Source: Mobula birostris (Eukaryota). Taken from it: 64,000 nt of DNA. Location of the stretch: positions 21,448,782 to 21,512,781 of the forward strand of contig NC_092377.1 of NCBI RefSeq assembly GCF_030028105.1, in the 5' to 3' direction. The notes beneath the pieces were generated by a model. The model was given only the letters and a program-made list of their open reading frames with translations. It was not told where the DNA came from and did no database searches. Of the stretch, positions 1-11,809 are shown one piece after another (position 1 is the first letter of the stretch; each line of letters begins with the position of its first letter). A program made the position numbers and the translations under genes.

Positions 1-711
1 CATCCCTTAGGAAGCATGCGGTAAGGATTTCCTTTTCTAACTCGGACTGATTCTTTTATATCTATAAATTATAAACAGTTTATAGCTGCTTTTGTTAAAA
101 AACGTGTTAAATCTTAAAGACAATGTTGTTATCACTATTATAAAGGCTTTACTGCAAAGATACTTCTTTTACTGACGGGATTTCAATGAACCAAATCATT
201 CAAGAAGAAAACTACAGATGTAACAAATTGAGCAAAAACTGACAAGACTGTGGAAAGATTATTTGAGTGAGCGATGAATGGTTTCGGATATCTTTCTAGA
301 GGACCACAAAATCTTTTACTGGCAATATTAAGATCACAAGCCTTTTCAAAAGCAAACAAATGACATGTTTTCTACTGGAATATTACTGGCTTAAAATTTG
401 ACAAGGAAAATAAGAAATGTAAATACCAAAATAGTTTTATATCTGAACTGGATATATTCTGATAACATCTTTGAACATTTCAAACCTGCAGCAAGACAAA
501 CAACAGTGTAGTAGGAAATGTGCAGAATTTTGCAGTTGTTGTTTTGAAAAGGACTATATATAACGGACAGAGAAAACTGAAGGTGGTAGATAAAAAGGAT
601 CTCCGAAAACGATATCACAAAGCATTTGTTATTGGCGACGATAATAAAGATACTTTAATATAGTTACCTCAGCATACAGTTGTTGGATTAGTGAAATTGT
701 CCAGTAGAAAA

Positions 712-864
712 ATGGGCATCTCTGCCATCACTGAAGCAGAGAAAGTAAGTCTCCAAGGAGAGAAAGAAGACAGAGAGGAGTCTATTCTTGCTCTGCTGGG
801 GATCATAGGAACAATTCTGAATCTTCTAGTGATCATCTTTGTATACATCTATACTACGTTCTGA
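712..864 (+). CDS. TUNAR/megamind-family transmembrane microprotein (50 aa), nested antisense in a BIRC6 intron
   Basis: Manual translation: MGISAITEAEKVSLQGEKEDREESILALLGIIGTILNLLVIIFVYIYTTF*. The ATG is in strong Kozak context (aaaATGG). The C-terminal half is nearly identical to the recalled human TUNAR peptide (...EESVLAMLGIIGTILNLIVIIFVYIYTTL). The BIRC6-intronic antisense position matches zebrafish megamind (linc-birc6). Symbol left blank because this is probably the BIRC6-linked paralog rather than the TUNAR ortholog. Confidence 0.9.
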   Translation: MGISAITEAEKVSLQGEKEDREESILALLGIIGTILNLLVIIFVYIYTTF

Positions 865-926
865 ATGCTCAGAAGCTGATGAAAAGCAACAAACTAGCCC
901 CAAAAGTTCTTCAGAATACTTTCGTA

Positions 927-1030
927 TCATAAGACCATAAGATGCAGGAGCGGAGTTAGGCCATTTGGCCCATCGAGTCTGCTCTGCCATTTGATCATGG
1001 CTGATTTATTTTCCTTTTCAAACCCATAAG
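927..1030 (-). mobile_element. CR1 3' tail remnant
   Basis: cataagaccataaga repeat tail followed by ggccatttggcccatcgagtctgctc; resembles the other CR1 3' ends here (e.g. 32945). Confidence 0.7.
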
Positions 1031-2524
1031 ATGAAGCAATGAAAGGAATACTCAAAAATGCATTATCCGAACCTTGCAAAAACATCAATAATTAAGCAAC
1101 TGATTAAATAACATTGATAATGTGAAACAACTATCTTCAGTCATATCACTGGAATTTTGTTGCGAACTAACAGAACAGATGGGCATAAAACTGAGTGGGT
1201 GGAAGACAATCAAACTGCCAGAAAGGGACTGATGCCTAATATCAGTGAATTACAAATGATTTTACTACAATATTTAAAAATGAATGCAGCTGAAACTTTG
1301 AAAAATACATAGGCATCACAGAGACAATTGTACAAGCTTTTTCCACAATTTATCTGCAATATTTGGATTATCACCTTTCTCATCTGCAAAGCTTTAGAGC
1401 AAAAGCAAAGCAAAATGATTAAATGGCATGAAAGTTGTTCCAAACATTTGTTTTCAAATTATGTAAGATGTTTGTAATTTTTGTCCTAATATGGATACCT
1501 ACAATAATTTTCCCCCATTAATCTTATACAATCTACTGCTTGGAACATGTCTTCTATATTTTGATAAACTGATGGCTGTAATTTGTCACTTGGGACAATT
1601 CAATAAAACTCAGGCGGCTAAATTAGCCAATAACTTCAAAAATGTTAGTAAGTTACATGATTAAGTTTTAAAAGGCATACATTTGGAGATTATACCTCAA
1701 TAAAACAAATATAAATGTTCAGTGTGTCTGTGATCATAAATTAAGGAAAAATCTCATCATCTCTGTGAATGAGACATTCTCTGCAAATGAGATCATTTCT
1801 GCATTTTCAAAAGAAACCATCAAAGGGTATTTCTCAGTGGGGAATAGGATGCTTGAAGAATGAGTGGGATACCTCAATGCTTGATGTTGGGATATTACAT
1901 CTTCTAAGCTAGGGCATTAATTGACTCAAAAGATTTACCCTCATGATAATCTAAGAGGGACTGCAGAATTGGAACAGGAGGTAGATTAGAAAATGTTCAG
2001 AGTTGGAGGACTGGGCAAAGAGCAAGAGGAATATACTAACTACAAGGAAAAATGCACCTACTCTCTGAATGGTGGTGAAACAATAGGAAGCAACATTGAA
2101 AATGTCTTGGAAACTTCAGCAAAGCCACACTGCCCAACCGCTCCAATGCAACAAGATAAAAAAAATTGATATTGACTATTGAGATCTCAGCAGAAAATAT
2201 CAGGATTAAACTGTAGGGTATCCAATTTTGCTCAACTTATACAATGTAATTTGATACACCAGCATGGAATTTTAAAACAAAAGAAAACAGCTATGGAGAT
2301 ATTTGGATAGATGGCTGAAAATCTTGTTAATGATGAAGATTTTAACAATTGTCTTAAAAGTAGAATGTAGAATAGGAGATTTAAGGAAGGAATTCCAGAC
2401 TTTAGGGCTTTGGTAACTTAATGGCAAATAAATGATGAAATTGCTGACTATGTGGCCAAGTTTGCAGACAATATAAAGATAGGCGAAAGGGCAGGTAGTG
2501 TCGAGAAAGCAGAGAGTCTACAGA

Positions 2525-2561
2525 AGTCCTGACGAAGGGTATCGGCCTGAAACGTCGACTG
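2525..2561 (+). ncRNA. Minimal type I hammerhead ribozyme motif, intact core
   Basis: AGUC-CUGACGA-AGG(GUAUCGG)CCU-GAAA-CGUC/GACU: stem I AGUC/GACU, conserved core, palindromic ACGU in place of stem III. Confidence 0.75.
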
Positions 2562-2625
2562 TACCTCTTCCTAGAGATGCTGCCTGGCCTGCTGCGTTCA
2601 CCAGCAACTTTGATGTGTGTTGCTT
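2527..2625 (+). mobile_element. 99-bp Penelope-like terminal-repeat insert with a 13-bp flanking direct repeat
   Basis: gagtctacagaag at 2514-2526 and 2626-2638; the insert matches the repeat that follows the GIY-YIG ORF at 46766-46890. Confidence 0.85.
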
Positions 2626-4716
2626 GAGTCTACAGAAGGACTTATTAAGAGAATGGGCAAAGTGACAAATGGAATACAGTGTAGGGAAGTGTATGGTCAT
2701 GCATTTTAGTAGAAGGAATAAAGGCATAGACTATTTTCTAAACAGAAAGAAAATTCAAAAATCAGAGGTGCAAAGGGCCTTGGGAGTCTTCATGCAGGAT
2801 TCCCTAAAAGTTAGTTTTCAGGTCTAGTTACATTTACCACCAATGTTAGCATTTATTTCAAGAGAACTAAAATATAAAACAAGGATGTCATGCTGAGGCT
2901 TAGTAAGGTATTGGTCAGACCTCACTCAAAGTATTGTGAACGGTTTTGGGCCCCTTATCTAAGAAAAGATATGCTGGCATTGGAGAAGGTCCAGAGGAAG
3001 TCAACGAGAAAGATTCCAGGAATGAAAGGGTTAACCTATGAGGAGTGTTTGATGGCTCCAGTCTTGCACTGAACTTAGAAAAATGAAGGGGAATCTCAGT
3101 GAAACCTACTGAATATTGAAAGGTGTGGATATTGGAGAGGATGTTTTCTATGGTGCGGTGGGGGGGGATGGGGGAGTCTAGAACAAGAGGGCACACCTCA
3201 GAATAGAGGGACATTCTTTTAGAACAGAGATGAGGAGGAATTCCTTTAGCCAGAGGGTAGTAAATCTGTGGAATTCATTGCCACTGAAGGCTTTGGAAGC
3301 CAAGTCATTGAATATATTTAAAGTGGTGGTTGTTAAGTTCTTGATTAGTCAGGGCATCAAAGGTTACCGGGAGAAGGCAAGAGAATAGGGTTGATAAGAA
3401 TAATAAATCAGCCATGATGGAGTGGTGAGCAGACTTGTGGTCTAAATGAGGAGATTTTTTTTTTAAGGAAGGTGTGTGCTTTGAGTGAGCTAGCTCAGTA
3501 AAAACAGGGATGATGGTAAATAAAATATCAAGGTAAGAGTTGGCCCAGACAGCGGAAAGGGAGAGAGCAGCCGCAACAATGACATTTCAAAAAAAGACAA
3601 ACATCAGATATCTGACAGCCTTATAAACTTAATGTAGACTTCAACATTTTCAGTTGATTTTCACTTAGACCACTTTGTGTTTCTAAACATATCGGATCTT
3701 TGGCTTGTACATCAATTGCTTTGTCATTTAATATCTCCTCCAGAACATTAAAAGACCTTCTTGGAATCTTCACACCCTTCCACATTTTCTATATGCCACT
3801 CTAATTTCCAAAAAAAGTAAAATGCTGCAAATTCTGGAAATACGAATTAAAGACAGAAATCTGGGAAATACCAAATGAGTCAGGCAGCATCTGTGAACAG
3901 ATGAGAGTTAATGTTTCCAGTTGAAATATCAACCCATTACATTTTTGTCTTCATTGATCTGGTCTGATCTGCTGACTATTACCTGCATTTTCAGTTCTTC
4001 CTCTGTGGGTGCTTCCTGACCTGAGTTCATTCAGTACCTTCCTGTTGCAAATGTCTGAATATTTCACTTGCATTGGAAAAATTTGAAATTCTTGGTCCAT
4101 TTGATTCATTTTCCAGTAGTGTCATGCTTCACAAGCTTTTCACCACTGTCACCAGCCCCCACCCCCTTCATCTTATTAAAAAAGGAAGATTTGAGATGCT
4201 GGAAATATCAACAAGTGGAACAACATCCGTGAAGGGGGCCATCTTATCTTTTCAACTTGAAGATTTTACAAAGTCTTCATCACTCATCACAATGAAAGGT
4301 TATTAAACAAACACTGACTCATTTCTCTCCACAGGTGCTGCAGGTTATTTCCAGCATTTTCTCATTTAGTTTTATCTTTCTTTTTTTTTTAAATACAAGT
4401 GCTGACATTTGACATTCAGTGCAGGTTATGCAACAAATATGACATATGAAAGCATTTGTATTAAAAAAATTCTCGAAATTTCAAACAGAAATTGTTGGAC
4501 ATACATAAATTAGTCAGGTTTGCCAAGTAAAAAGGCATCAATTCCTCAGGATTTTCCTGAATCCAGTGTTGAAGCAGTACAAATATTAGAAATAGATCCA
4601 TTATGAAAAGGTTTCAAAGTAAAAATTGTATCAATTAAATTCTTAACTGGACATTTAGGAAATGTATAAAGTTGAGAACACAAGAAGTCTCTAATTTGTA
4701 AATATCTAAAAAAAAT

Positions 4717-5840
4717 TTGAGAAACACTCCGTTAGACAAATTTAAAAAAACCTCTGGGAACATGACCTCCAGATTTCAATTGATGAGGATACTTGGAATG
4801 AAAATTTTTTTTAAACTTGTTCACACCTCTTCATTATGTGCACGGCACTCTCTTTTACAATTTAAAGTGGTTCATAGAGCCTATATGACTAAAGATAAGC
4901 TCTCTCGTTTTTACTCAGATTTTTCTCCATACTGTAATAGGTGTAATGTCGAAGAGGCCTCTCTAAATCATATGTTTTGGTCCTGCCCGCGGCTTGATAA
5001 ATTTTGGGAAGAAGTATTTCAAACTTTCTCGGAGCTTTTTAAAGTAAACTTTAAACCCAACCATCTGACTGCCTTGTTTGGCATTGTTGGAGGAAATGAT
5101 TTTACTCTTAAGCCAAATTATTTGTGTATTTTGGCTTTTATTTCTCTTTTAGCCAGAAGAGTTTTGTTGCTGAAATGGGAAGATGCTGCTCCACCTACTC
5201 ATGCCCATTGGTTGATTGACGTTATGTCATGTTTAAATCTGGAGATGATTAGGTGTTCTATTTCTATACCTAAACAAGTATTTTTTCACATTATGGGGAC
5301 CCTAGAACATAGAACCATAGAACATTACAACACAGAAACAGGCCTTTTGGCCCTTCTTGGCTGTGCCGAACCATTTTTTTGCCTAGTCCCACTGACCTGC
5401 ACCTGGACCATATCCCCTCCATACGCCTCTCATCCATATACCTATCCAAGTTTTTCTTTTTTTTTGTAATTTATTTTTTTTTATTGAATTTCATCATCAA
5501 ACATTTCCATAAGATTTATTTCAGATACTGTACATATATAATCACTTCTTGGAACTACTTTCACAATTTTTGATTTGGGCAGCAATGATGATGGCTATTA
5601 TGTTTGAATTTACGACTATGTCAGAGATTTTTTTTCCCTTTTCTTTTAACCAAACAGCTGTTTTTTTTTCTCTCGCTGTTATTCTGTTTTGTTATGGAGT
5701 TTTGATTTTGCTTTAGATTAGAATAAGATATTTTTTCAATATTACGGTTAATTTACGATACATAGTTATGCGGCAATTCAATCTTGTTTCTGTTTCCATA
5801 ATATCATAATGCATTTTGTATTAGTCTATGCAAGTAATTA
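4717..5840 (+). mobile_element. L1-clade LINE 3' fragment (ORF2 C-terminal zinc-binding region plus 3' UTR) with nested inserts at ~5302-5545
   Basis: ORF 4717 contains QFKVVHRAY...CNRC...SLNHMFWSCP (zf-RVT-like) and ends taataaaaatattgaaaaa. An inverted CR1 tail and a T-rich inverted LINE tail interrupt it. Confidence 0.85.
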
Positions 5841-6739
5841 ATAAAAATATTGAAAAAGCAGTACAAACAGCAGAAACATTAACCTTGTATCTTCTCATAA
5901 GAGTGCTGTTTTACAGTACCATAATTTCTGGTTTTTATGTCTGCACATTGGAGTTAGAGCAGAAGAAACGCCTATGGAATATGCCCAAATGGAATTCAGT
6001 AAACTAACCTTCTGTATGCTAAATTCTTAAATATTCCCATGTGAGTTCAAATATGAATAACATTACATCACTATTTAAACAAGGAAGTACCACAAAAATA
6101 ACATTCATGAAAATGATGATTGGCCATTTACAAACAAGATTTTGAATATTCTTTGCAAAATGAACTTTATTGCTAGTCCCTGCAGGAACCACTACAACTG
6201 AATGAAGTACATAAATATTTTATCAGCCAAGGCGATGCATACTTAAAAAGCACAAATCCTTAGCACAGCACGGAGGCTCTAATTAGCTGCTGCTTAGCCA
6301 GTTTTAAAGGGAGGAATGTACTTGTGGACAACTTAACATTTTATACAAGTGTGGAAAACCTACTGGGCATCAGAACCAAGTGAAAACAAGAAAAGATTCA
6401 TGAAAAACAGAGCAGCGCTGTCACACCGAAGAGAAAATCAGTTATAATAAAAGTGATCGACAGATAACTGAATTCTAGTGTCAGCAGCAATACTGCAGAG
6501 GGAAAAGAAGATTATAAAACCTTTCAAAATTCAGTTTTAATTTCTTTCCACCCACAAGCAGAACAAAAAATTCCCAGGAAGATCCCAATGGCTTTGTTGC
6601 AAAATAATACCACCCCTTTGCAATGAGGTGAAACAGGATAAAAGAACACATAAAAGTTATGAGGTACGTGACATTGCTAATTTTATCCCATTTAATTAGA
6701 AAAAATCTAACGATAATATTTCAGTTCCAACTGATTCAA

Positions 6740-7410
6740 CAACTCTTGGTGATTCAAGAATCTTACATCCTGGTAAATTCTGCATCCTCTCTAAAGCTTC
6801 CATATCGCTCCTATAATGAGGTAACCAGAATAGAACACAATACTCCAAGTGTGGTCTCATCAGAGTTTTATAGAGCTGCAACATTACCACGCAGATCATA
6901 AACTCAGTCTCCAGAATAATAAAGGCCAACGCACAATACAGCTTCTTAACCATGCTATGAACTTGCGCGGTAACTTCTAGGGATCTATGGATGTGGACCA
7001 CAAGATTCCCGTTTCCACACTGCTAACAATCCTGCCATTAACCCTGTGCTCTTCCTTCAATTTTAACCTGCTAAAGTGCATCACTTCAGTCTTCTGCATT
7101 GAACTCCATCTGCCACTTCTCAGCCCATCTCTCCATCTTATCAATGTTCTGTTGAAAATCACCACAAACTTCAACACTATCCACACCACTAACTTTTCTG
7201 TGATCCTCAAACTTGCTACCCATCTTTCCGCTTCCTCACCAAATCATTTATGAAAATTGTAAAAAGCAGGGGCCTCAGAATAGAGCCCTGTGGAACACCA
7301 CTGATCACCAATCTCCAGGCAGAATATACTCTATATAGTACCACCCTCTGCCTTCTGTGGGCAAGCCAAATTTGAATCCATACAGTCAAGTTTCCCTGAA
7401 TCATCTTCTG
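6740..7410 (-). mobile_element. CR1 RT fragment
   Basis: [20 protein letters not shown] and LYKTLMRPHLEYCVLFW in the ORF track. Confidence 0.85.
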
Positions 7411-8399
7411 GCTGTTCAATTAAATAATCAATTGACTTTGAAGATTGCTCCAATGCTTTGTTGGACAAGTTTAACATTGAATCTCCTTATTTTTCAAGAT
7501 TTTGTGTGGCTTCAAAGTTAGTCTTATGATAACAAAATCTAAATTCCAAAACTATTGTTATAAACTCAAGCCAAAACCTTGTAGTCAAAAAATCATTGGA
7601 ATTTATAATGTTGCAAGGGTTTTAAAAAACAAATTCCCAATGAGAATACAAAGTAATTATTAAGCATTAATTATCAATTATGCTCAAAAGAGCAAAATGT
7701 TAAGGAGCCTGGCAATATGATATCCTGGCATAACAGTGGCACATCAGTGCCTCAGCAATCCACAGTGCTGACTTCAGCAGCAGATGTGAAAAGATCTGAA
7801 GTGTGACAAATCTGGAATTACGAAAACCCAACATGCATCTGTTGGTGAGCCTTCCCTGGTGGAAAATGTTGACTACCACCAGTAGAGGCATTGATAATTA
7901 CATGTTCTCCAAGGCCTGTGCCAAATTCACATGTATAAATTAGCAAGAATGTTTTGAGATTAATTATCTAGACATTCCATCCTAAACCATCAGGTGATCT
8001 TTCAGCCCGAATTGGTCATTAGTGAATACTTTAAAAAAATCTCAACTCAAGGTCAATGCCATGTAATCCTTCAGCACTTCATTAAAGGGTCTTTGAGTAT
8101 TTAAGCTCTGAATAATATGATGTGCAACTACTCATCAGGCTGTTGATGAGTAGGAAAAGCATGCTGGATTACTTCAACATGTATACCTACAATTTGAAGT
8201 GCCTGGCAGAGACATTCCATTCTCGTGAAAAAGCCAGAGAAAAGCCATATTTACCAGAGAAGCAAGTGTTTAACAGGAAGGAACTGAAGGCAGCAAGTTT
8301 TAGTTTGAAAAAAAAAACTGGAAAACTAAAGACCCCCTATGTTCTCCATCTTAATATTTTGAAAGATAATGACTAAGAACATTTTTCTTCTCATTTTTC

Positions 8400-9120
8400 A
8401 AGGTTCTGTAAATTTTGGAAGTGACTGTGGGTTGTAGGGTGGCAAATGTGACCTTACTACTTAAGAAGCAAGGGAGAGAGAAAACAGGGAATCACTGACC
8501 TGGTAGTTTAACATTAGTAGGAGGGAAGACAATGAGTGAAGGACATCACAGCAGAAAATCCTGCAAATCATAAGTTTGAGCAGATTCAGCACAAAGATGA
8601 GAGGAGAAATCATGCTTGACTAATTCACTGCAGTTATTTAAGGACATATGCTTGCACTGTGTCCTTTGTAGAACAAATGAAAAGCCAATGGATGCAGTGT
8701 ATTTGGATTTTGACGAGTCTGATGGTGAGTTACCATAAGACTGACTGAGTAAACTAGGCTGTATGTATTCCAGATGATTGAAGAGAACTCCCACTGAATA
8801 TACAAAGTTCTTAAAGACAGAGAATGGATGCAGCATGGATTTGTTTTAGCAGAGGAGTGTCAAATAAGATATCATCTGACAATAAAGGATAGGCAATTTA
8901 GGAGAGACAAGGAGAAATTTCTTTAGCAGAGGTGGTAAATGAGAATTCAACCAAGGAGGATTGTGAAAGTTTGGTCAGACTTCATGCAAAATGGGGATTT
9001 GTGGATGTTAAGGCGACATAAGGTACGAAGATAACACCTTGACAGAAGATCATTTATCATCTTGATGAATACTGGAGTATGCTTTAAGGTGAGCGAGTTA
9101 TTTCTGGTGACTGCTTCCAA
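8400..9120 (+). mobile_element. Old, highly degraded CR1 fragment
   Basis: DWRVANVT.L.KK-like, KSCLTN and AVYLDF-like remnants. Confidence 0.55.
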
Positions 9121-9164
9121 CATTGTCATGTAAATGTTCTGAAACAAGAAACTGCTGTGATGAG

Positions 9165-9495
9165 GACATTCTCAGGTTGGAGGAGCAACACCTTATATTT
9201 CCTCTTGAAAGTCTCTAAATTGATAGCATGGACATCGATTTCTCTTCCTCCCCCCTTCTCTCATTTTCTATTCTCCATCCTGACTCCCCTCTTACCCCTT
9301 TTTCTCACCTTTCTCTGATGCCCCCCCTCCTTCCTTTCTTCCATGGTCCACTATCCTCTATCAGATTCTATCTACCCCCCTCCCACCTTCTTCCTACTTC
9401 ATTTCCAGTCCTGATGAAGGGTCCTGGACCAACATGTCAACTGTTTATTCCCCTCCACAGATCCTGCTGAGTTCCTCCAACATTTTATGCATGTT
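9165..9495 (+). mobile_element. Penelope-like 3' end with degenerate hammerhead at 9406-9443
   Basis: ggaggagcaacaccttatatt, a pyrimidine tract, then cagtc-ctgatga-aggg...aactg. Confidence 0.75.
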
Positions 9496-10799
9496 ATTTA
9501 AAAGAAATACTGGCCAAGAAGTTATTTGCAAAACAGAAAACAAAAAACAAACATATCCATTTTATCCAAGGTTATTTAAACTGCAGATCAAATTCATCAA
9601 ACGCAATCCTGATTAGCAACCAGGACAAACCTCATGGACTCTGCAAAATAAGAGGTCATGTGCTTGTTATTTTAGTGACTTATTTAAATAATGTACAACT
9701 TTCAAACAATTCAGATTATTTAATACCTTCATGGCAAATTGGCCTAAATAAGTATTGTTTAAAAAAAGTGTTGGAAATACTCAGCAGGACAAGATACAAC
9801 TGAACCATTAAATTTGTTCCTCTTCCTACAGACGAGTCCTGACGTGTTCATTATTTCTAGCATTTTCTGTTTTTCAGCATGTGTCAGCACGTGCTTCTTT
9901 TATGTTTAAACATTGTTAAAATACTAGTTGTATTTCACAGATGGTTCTTTAGAAATTGACGTAGCAAAGCTATTTACAATAACCAAAGGACACTCTGCTA
10001 ATGTTTCAAATTAATCTTGTAGTACCTTCAGCATATCAACAATGACTTGATTAAATCTGTAACTGTATCTAAATTGGATATTCTACTACAGGTTTTCAGG
10101 CTGCACTGAAGAGCAAATTAAGATATAAAAGTGACTGTGTGTATAAAACAGTCTGTAATACCCAATACAAATGAGGAACTCTCTTTAAAATGAGCAATTT
10201 TAAAAGTAAAATGTCAGGGGACAGATTCTTTAAAATAACTTTTTAATCCATTGGTTGACAAGGAACTTTACAAAAATCCACAGTGAGAAACTCCTACTCT
10301 TAATTTGGCAAAGATCACTGATGAAAACTATTTTAAAGATTGAGTAAGTGCAAGCCCAGTGGAAACCAGTGTTGCATATAACTTGCTGTACACACAGATG
10401 TTGAGAAATTTTGCATGCAAAGGACAACCTTGGGCATGAGCTACCTCAGTGAATCTCTAAAGCTCAAAAGACTAAGGTGTTTAAGAAGCAAATTGCCGTC
10501 AGAAGAAGATATGTATGATATTAAAAGTACAGAAAGAACACAACATTCACGAGTAGACTGAATTTAAATTTGAAAGGCTACTTAATGTACAACAAGATTC
10601 TGAAATAGGAGGGGCCAGGTAACGAAAATCCAAAATCCAGGATAAAACTGATGGCAAGTAATTATGAGTATTAGCATTATATATCAGACCATAACAAAAT
10701 GAAAACAAAAGCAGAGAAGAGGTGGGGATATTAGGGTGGTAAGAGCAAGGAATAGACTGCAGCAGCCAAAGATGGTAGCAACAAGATAAGAGACAACAA

Positions 10800-11170
10800 A
10801 AACACGAGGAATTCTGCAGATGCTGGAAATTCAAGCAACACACATCAAAGTTGCTGGTGAATGCAGCAGGCCAGGCAGCATTTCTAGGAAGAGGTACAGT
10901 CAACGTTTTGGGCCGAGACCCTTCGTCAGGACTAACTGAAGGAAGAGCTAGTAAGAGATTTGAAAGGGGGAGGGGGAGATCCAAAATGATAGGAGAAGAC
11001 AGGAGGGGGAGGGATGGAGCCAAGAGCTGGACAAGTGATTGGCAAAGGGGATATGAGAGGATCATGGGACAGGAGGCCCAGGGAAAAAGAAAAGGGGGAG
11101 GGAGGGAAAAACCCAGAGGATGGGCAAGGGGTATAGTCAGAGGGACAGAGGGAGAAAAAGGAGACAGAGA
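10800..11170 (-). mobile_element. Penelope-like terminal repeat with mutated hammerhead at 10897-10934
   Basis: Same family as 2527 and 13598. On the minus strand it reads agtc-ctgacga-agggtctcggccc-aaaa-cgtt-gactg (GAAA>AAAA, GUC>GUU). Confidence 0.85.
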
Positions 11171-11419
11171 TAACAACACTGCATTTACTGATATAGTAGT
11201 GACAGAAGAGGAGATTATGGCTGGATGGAGACTGCATTGTTAAAGAAAATGCAATCTTACTTTTCAGACATGGGTATTACTGGAAAGGTCACCATTTACT
11301 AGCACAGCAGTGATGGTAAACTAATTTCTTAAGCAGCAGCAATACTGCTAGTGAAGGTACTTCCACACTGCTGTTGCATAGGGTGTTCTAGAGTGTATAG
11401 ATTCAGCCGCATAAAGTAG

Positions 11420-11688
11420 TGGCGGCACACTAGTGTAATGATTAGCACAACCCTTTACAGTACCAATGACATGGGTTCAATTCCCATCGCTGTCTGTAAG
11501 GAGCTTGTATGTTCTCCCCATGGCTATGGAGGTTTCCTCTGGGTGCTCCGATTTCCTCCATCGGCCCAAGGACGGCTAATTGGTCTGTACGTTGTCCCAC
11601 GATTAGGGTCGAGGTAAATCAGGGGCTGCTGGGCGGCTAGGCTTGAAGGGCTGAAACAGCCTATTCCACACTGTACCTCAACAAATAA
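11420..11688 (+). mobile_element. tRNA-derived V-SINE (HE1-like)
   Basis: A-box-like tagtgtaatgatt, B-box ggttcaattcc, V-domain-like gttctcccc...ggtttcctctgggtgctccgatttcctcc, and an aataaa tail. Confidence 0.75.
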
Positions 11689-11809
11689 AGTGGCACATAT
11701 CTCCACATCAGAGTGGAGAGCAATGTGAGTGGGAATCCCTGGTATTCCTAATCACCAGATTTGGTTCTTCTTGGCTTTTAAATTGCTGCAAGATCAGTCC
11801 AGACTCATC

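Larger units (their letters stand above)
2430..3445 (+). mobile_element. CR1 LINE 3' fragment (RT C-terminus to tail), interrupted by a Penelope-derived insert
   Basis: Degenerate KFADD-like motif, LVRPH..YC..FWAPYLRKD, and CR1 3' UTR. Confidence 0.85.

Noticed and set aside
391-618. 75-aa minus-strand ORF near the microprotein
   Set aside because: No similarity to the expected next BIRC6 exon (VLDMARHVPLY...) or any protein I recognise; probably a chance ORF.
475-711. Open stretch in frame with the microprotein, separated by a single TAG at 661-663 (possible readthrough or N-terminal extension)
   Set aside because: No ATG, the stop context is not a known readthrough motif, and the homologous peptide starts at the position equivalent to ATG 712.
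6260-6430. Partial REST/NRSF-like words (ttagcacagcacgg, agcgctgtca)
   Set aside because: Neither forms a properly spaced RE1 site.
7690-7900. Possible missing BIRC6 exon
   Set aside because: The minus-strand frames I read do not give the expected BIRC6 peptide; the next exon probably lies left of the window.
10547-11243. Long overlapping ORFs (210, 130 and 101 aa)
   Set aside because: Artefacts of the purine/pyrimidine-biased Penelope 3' region.
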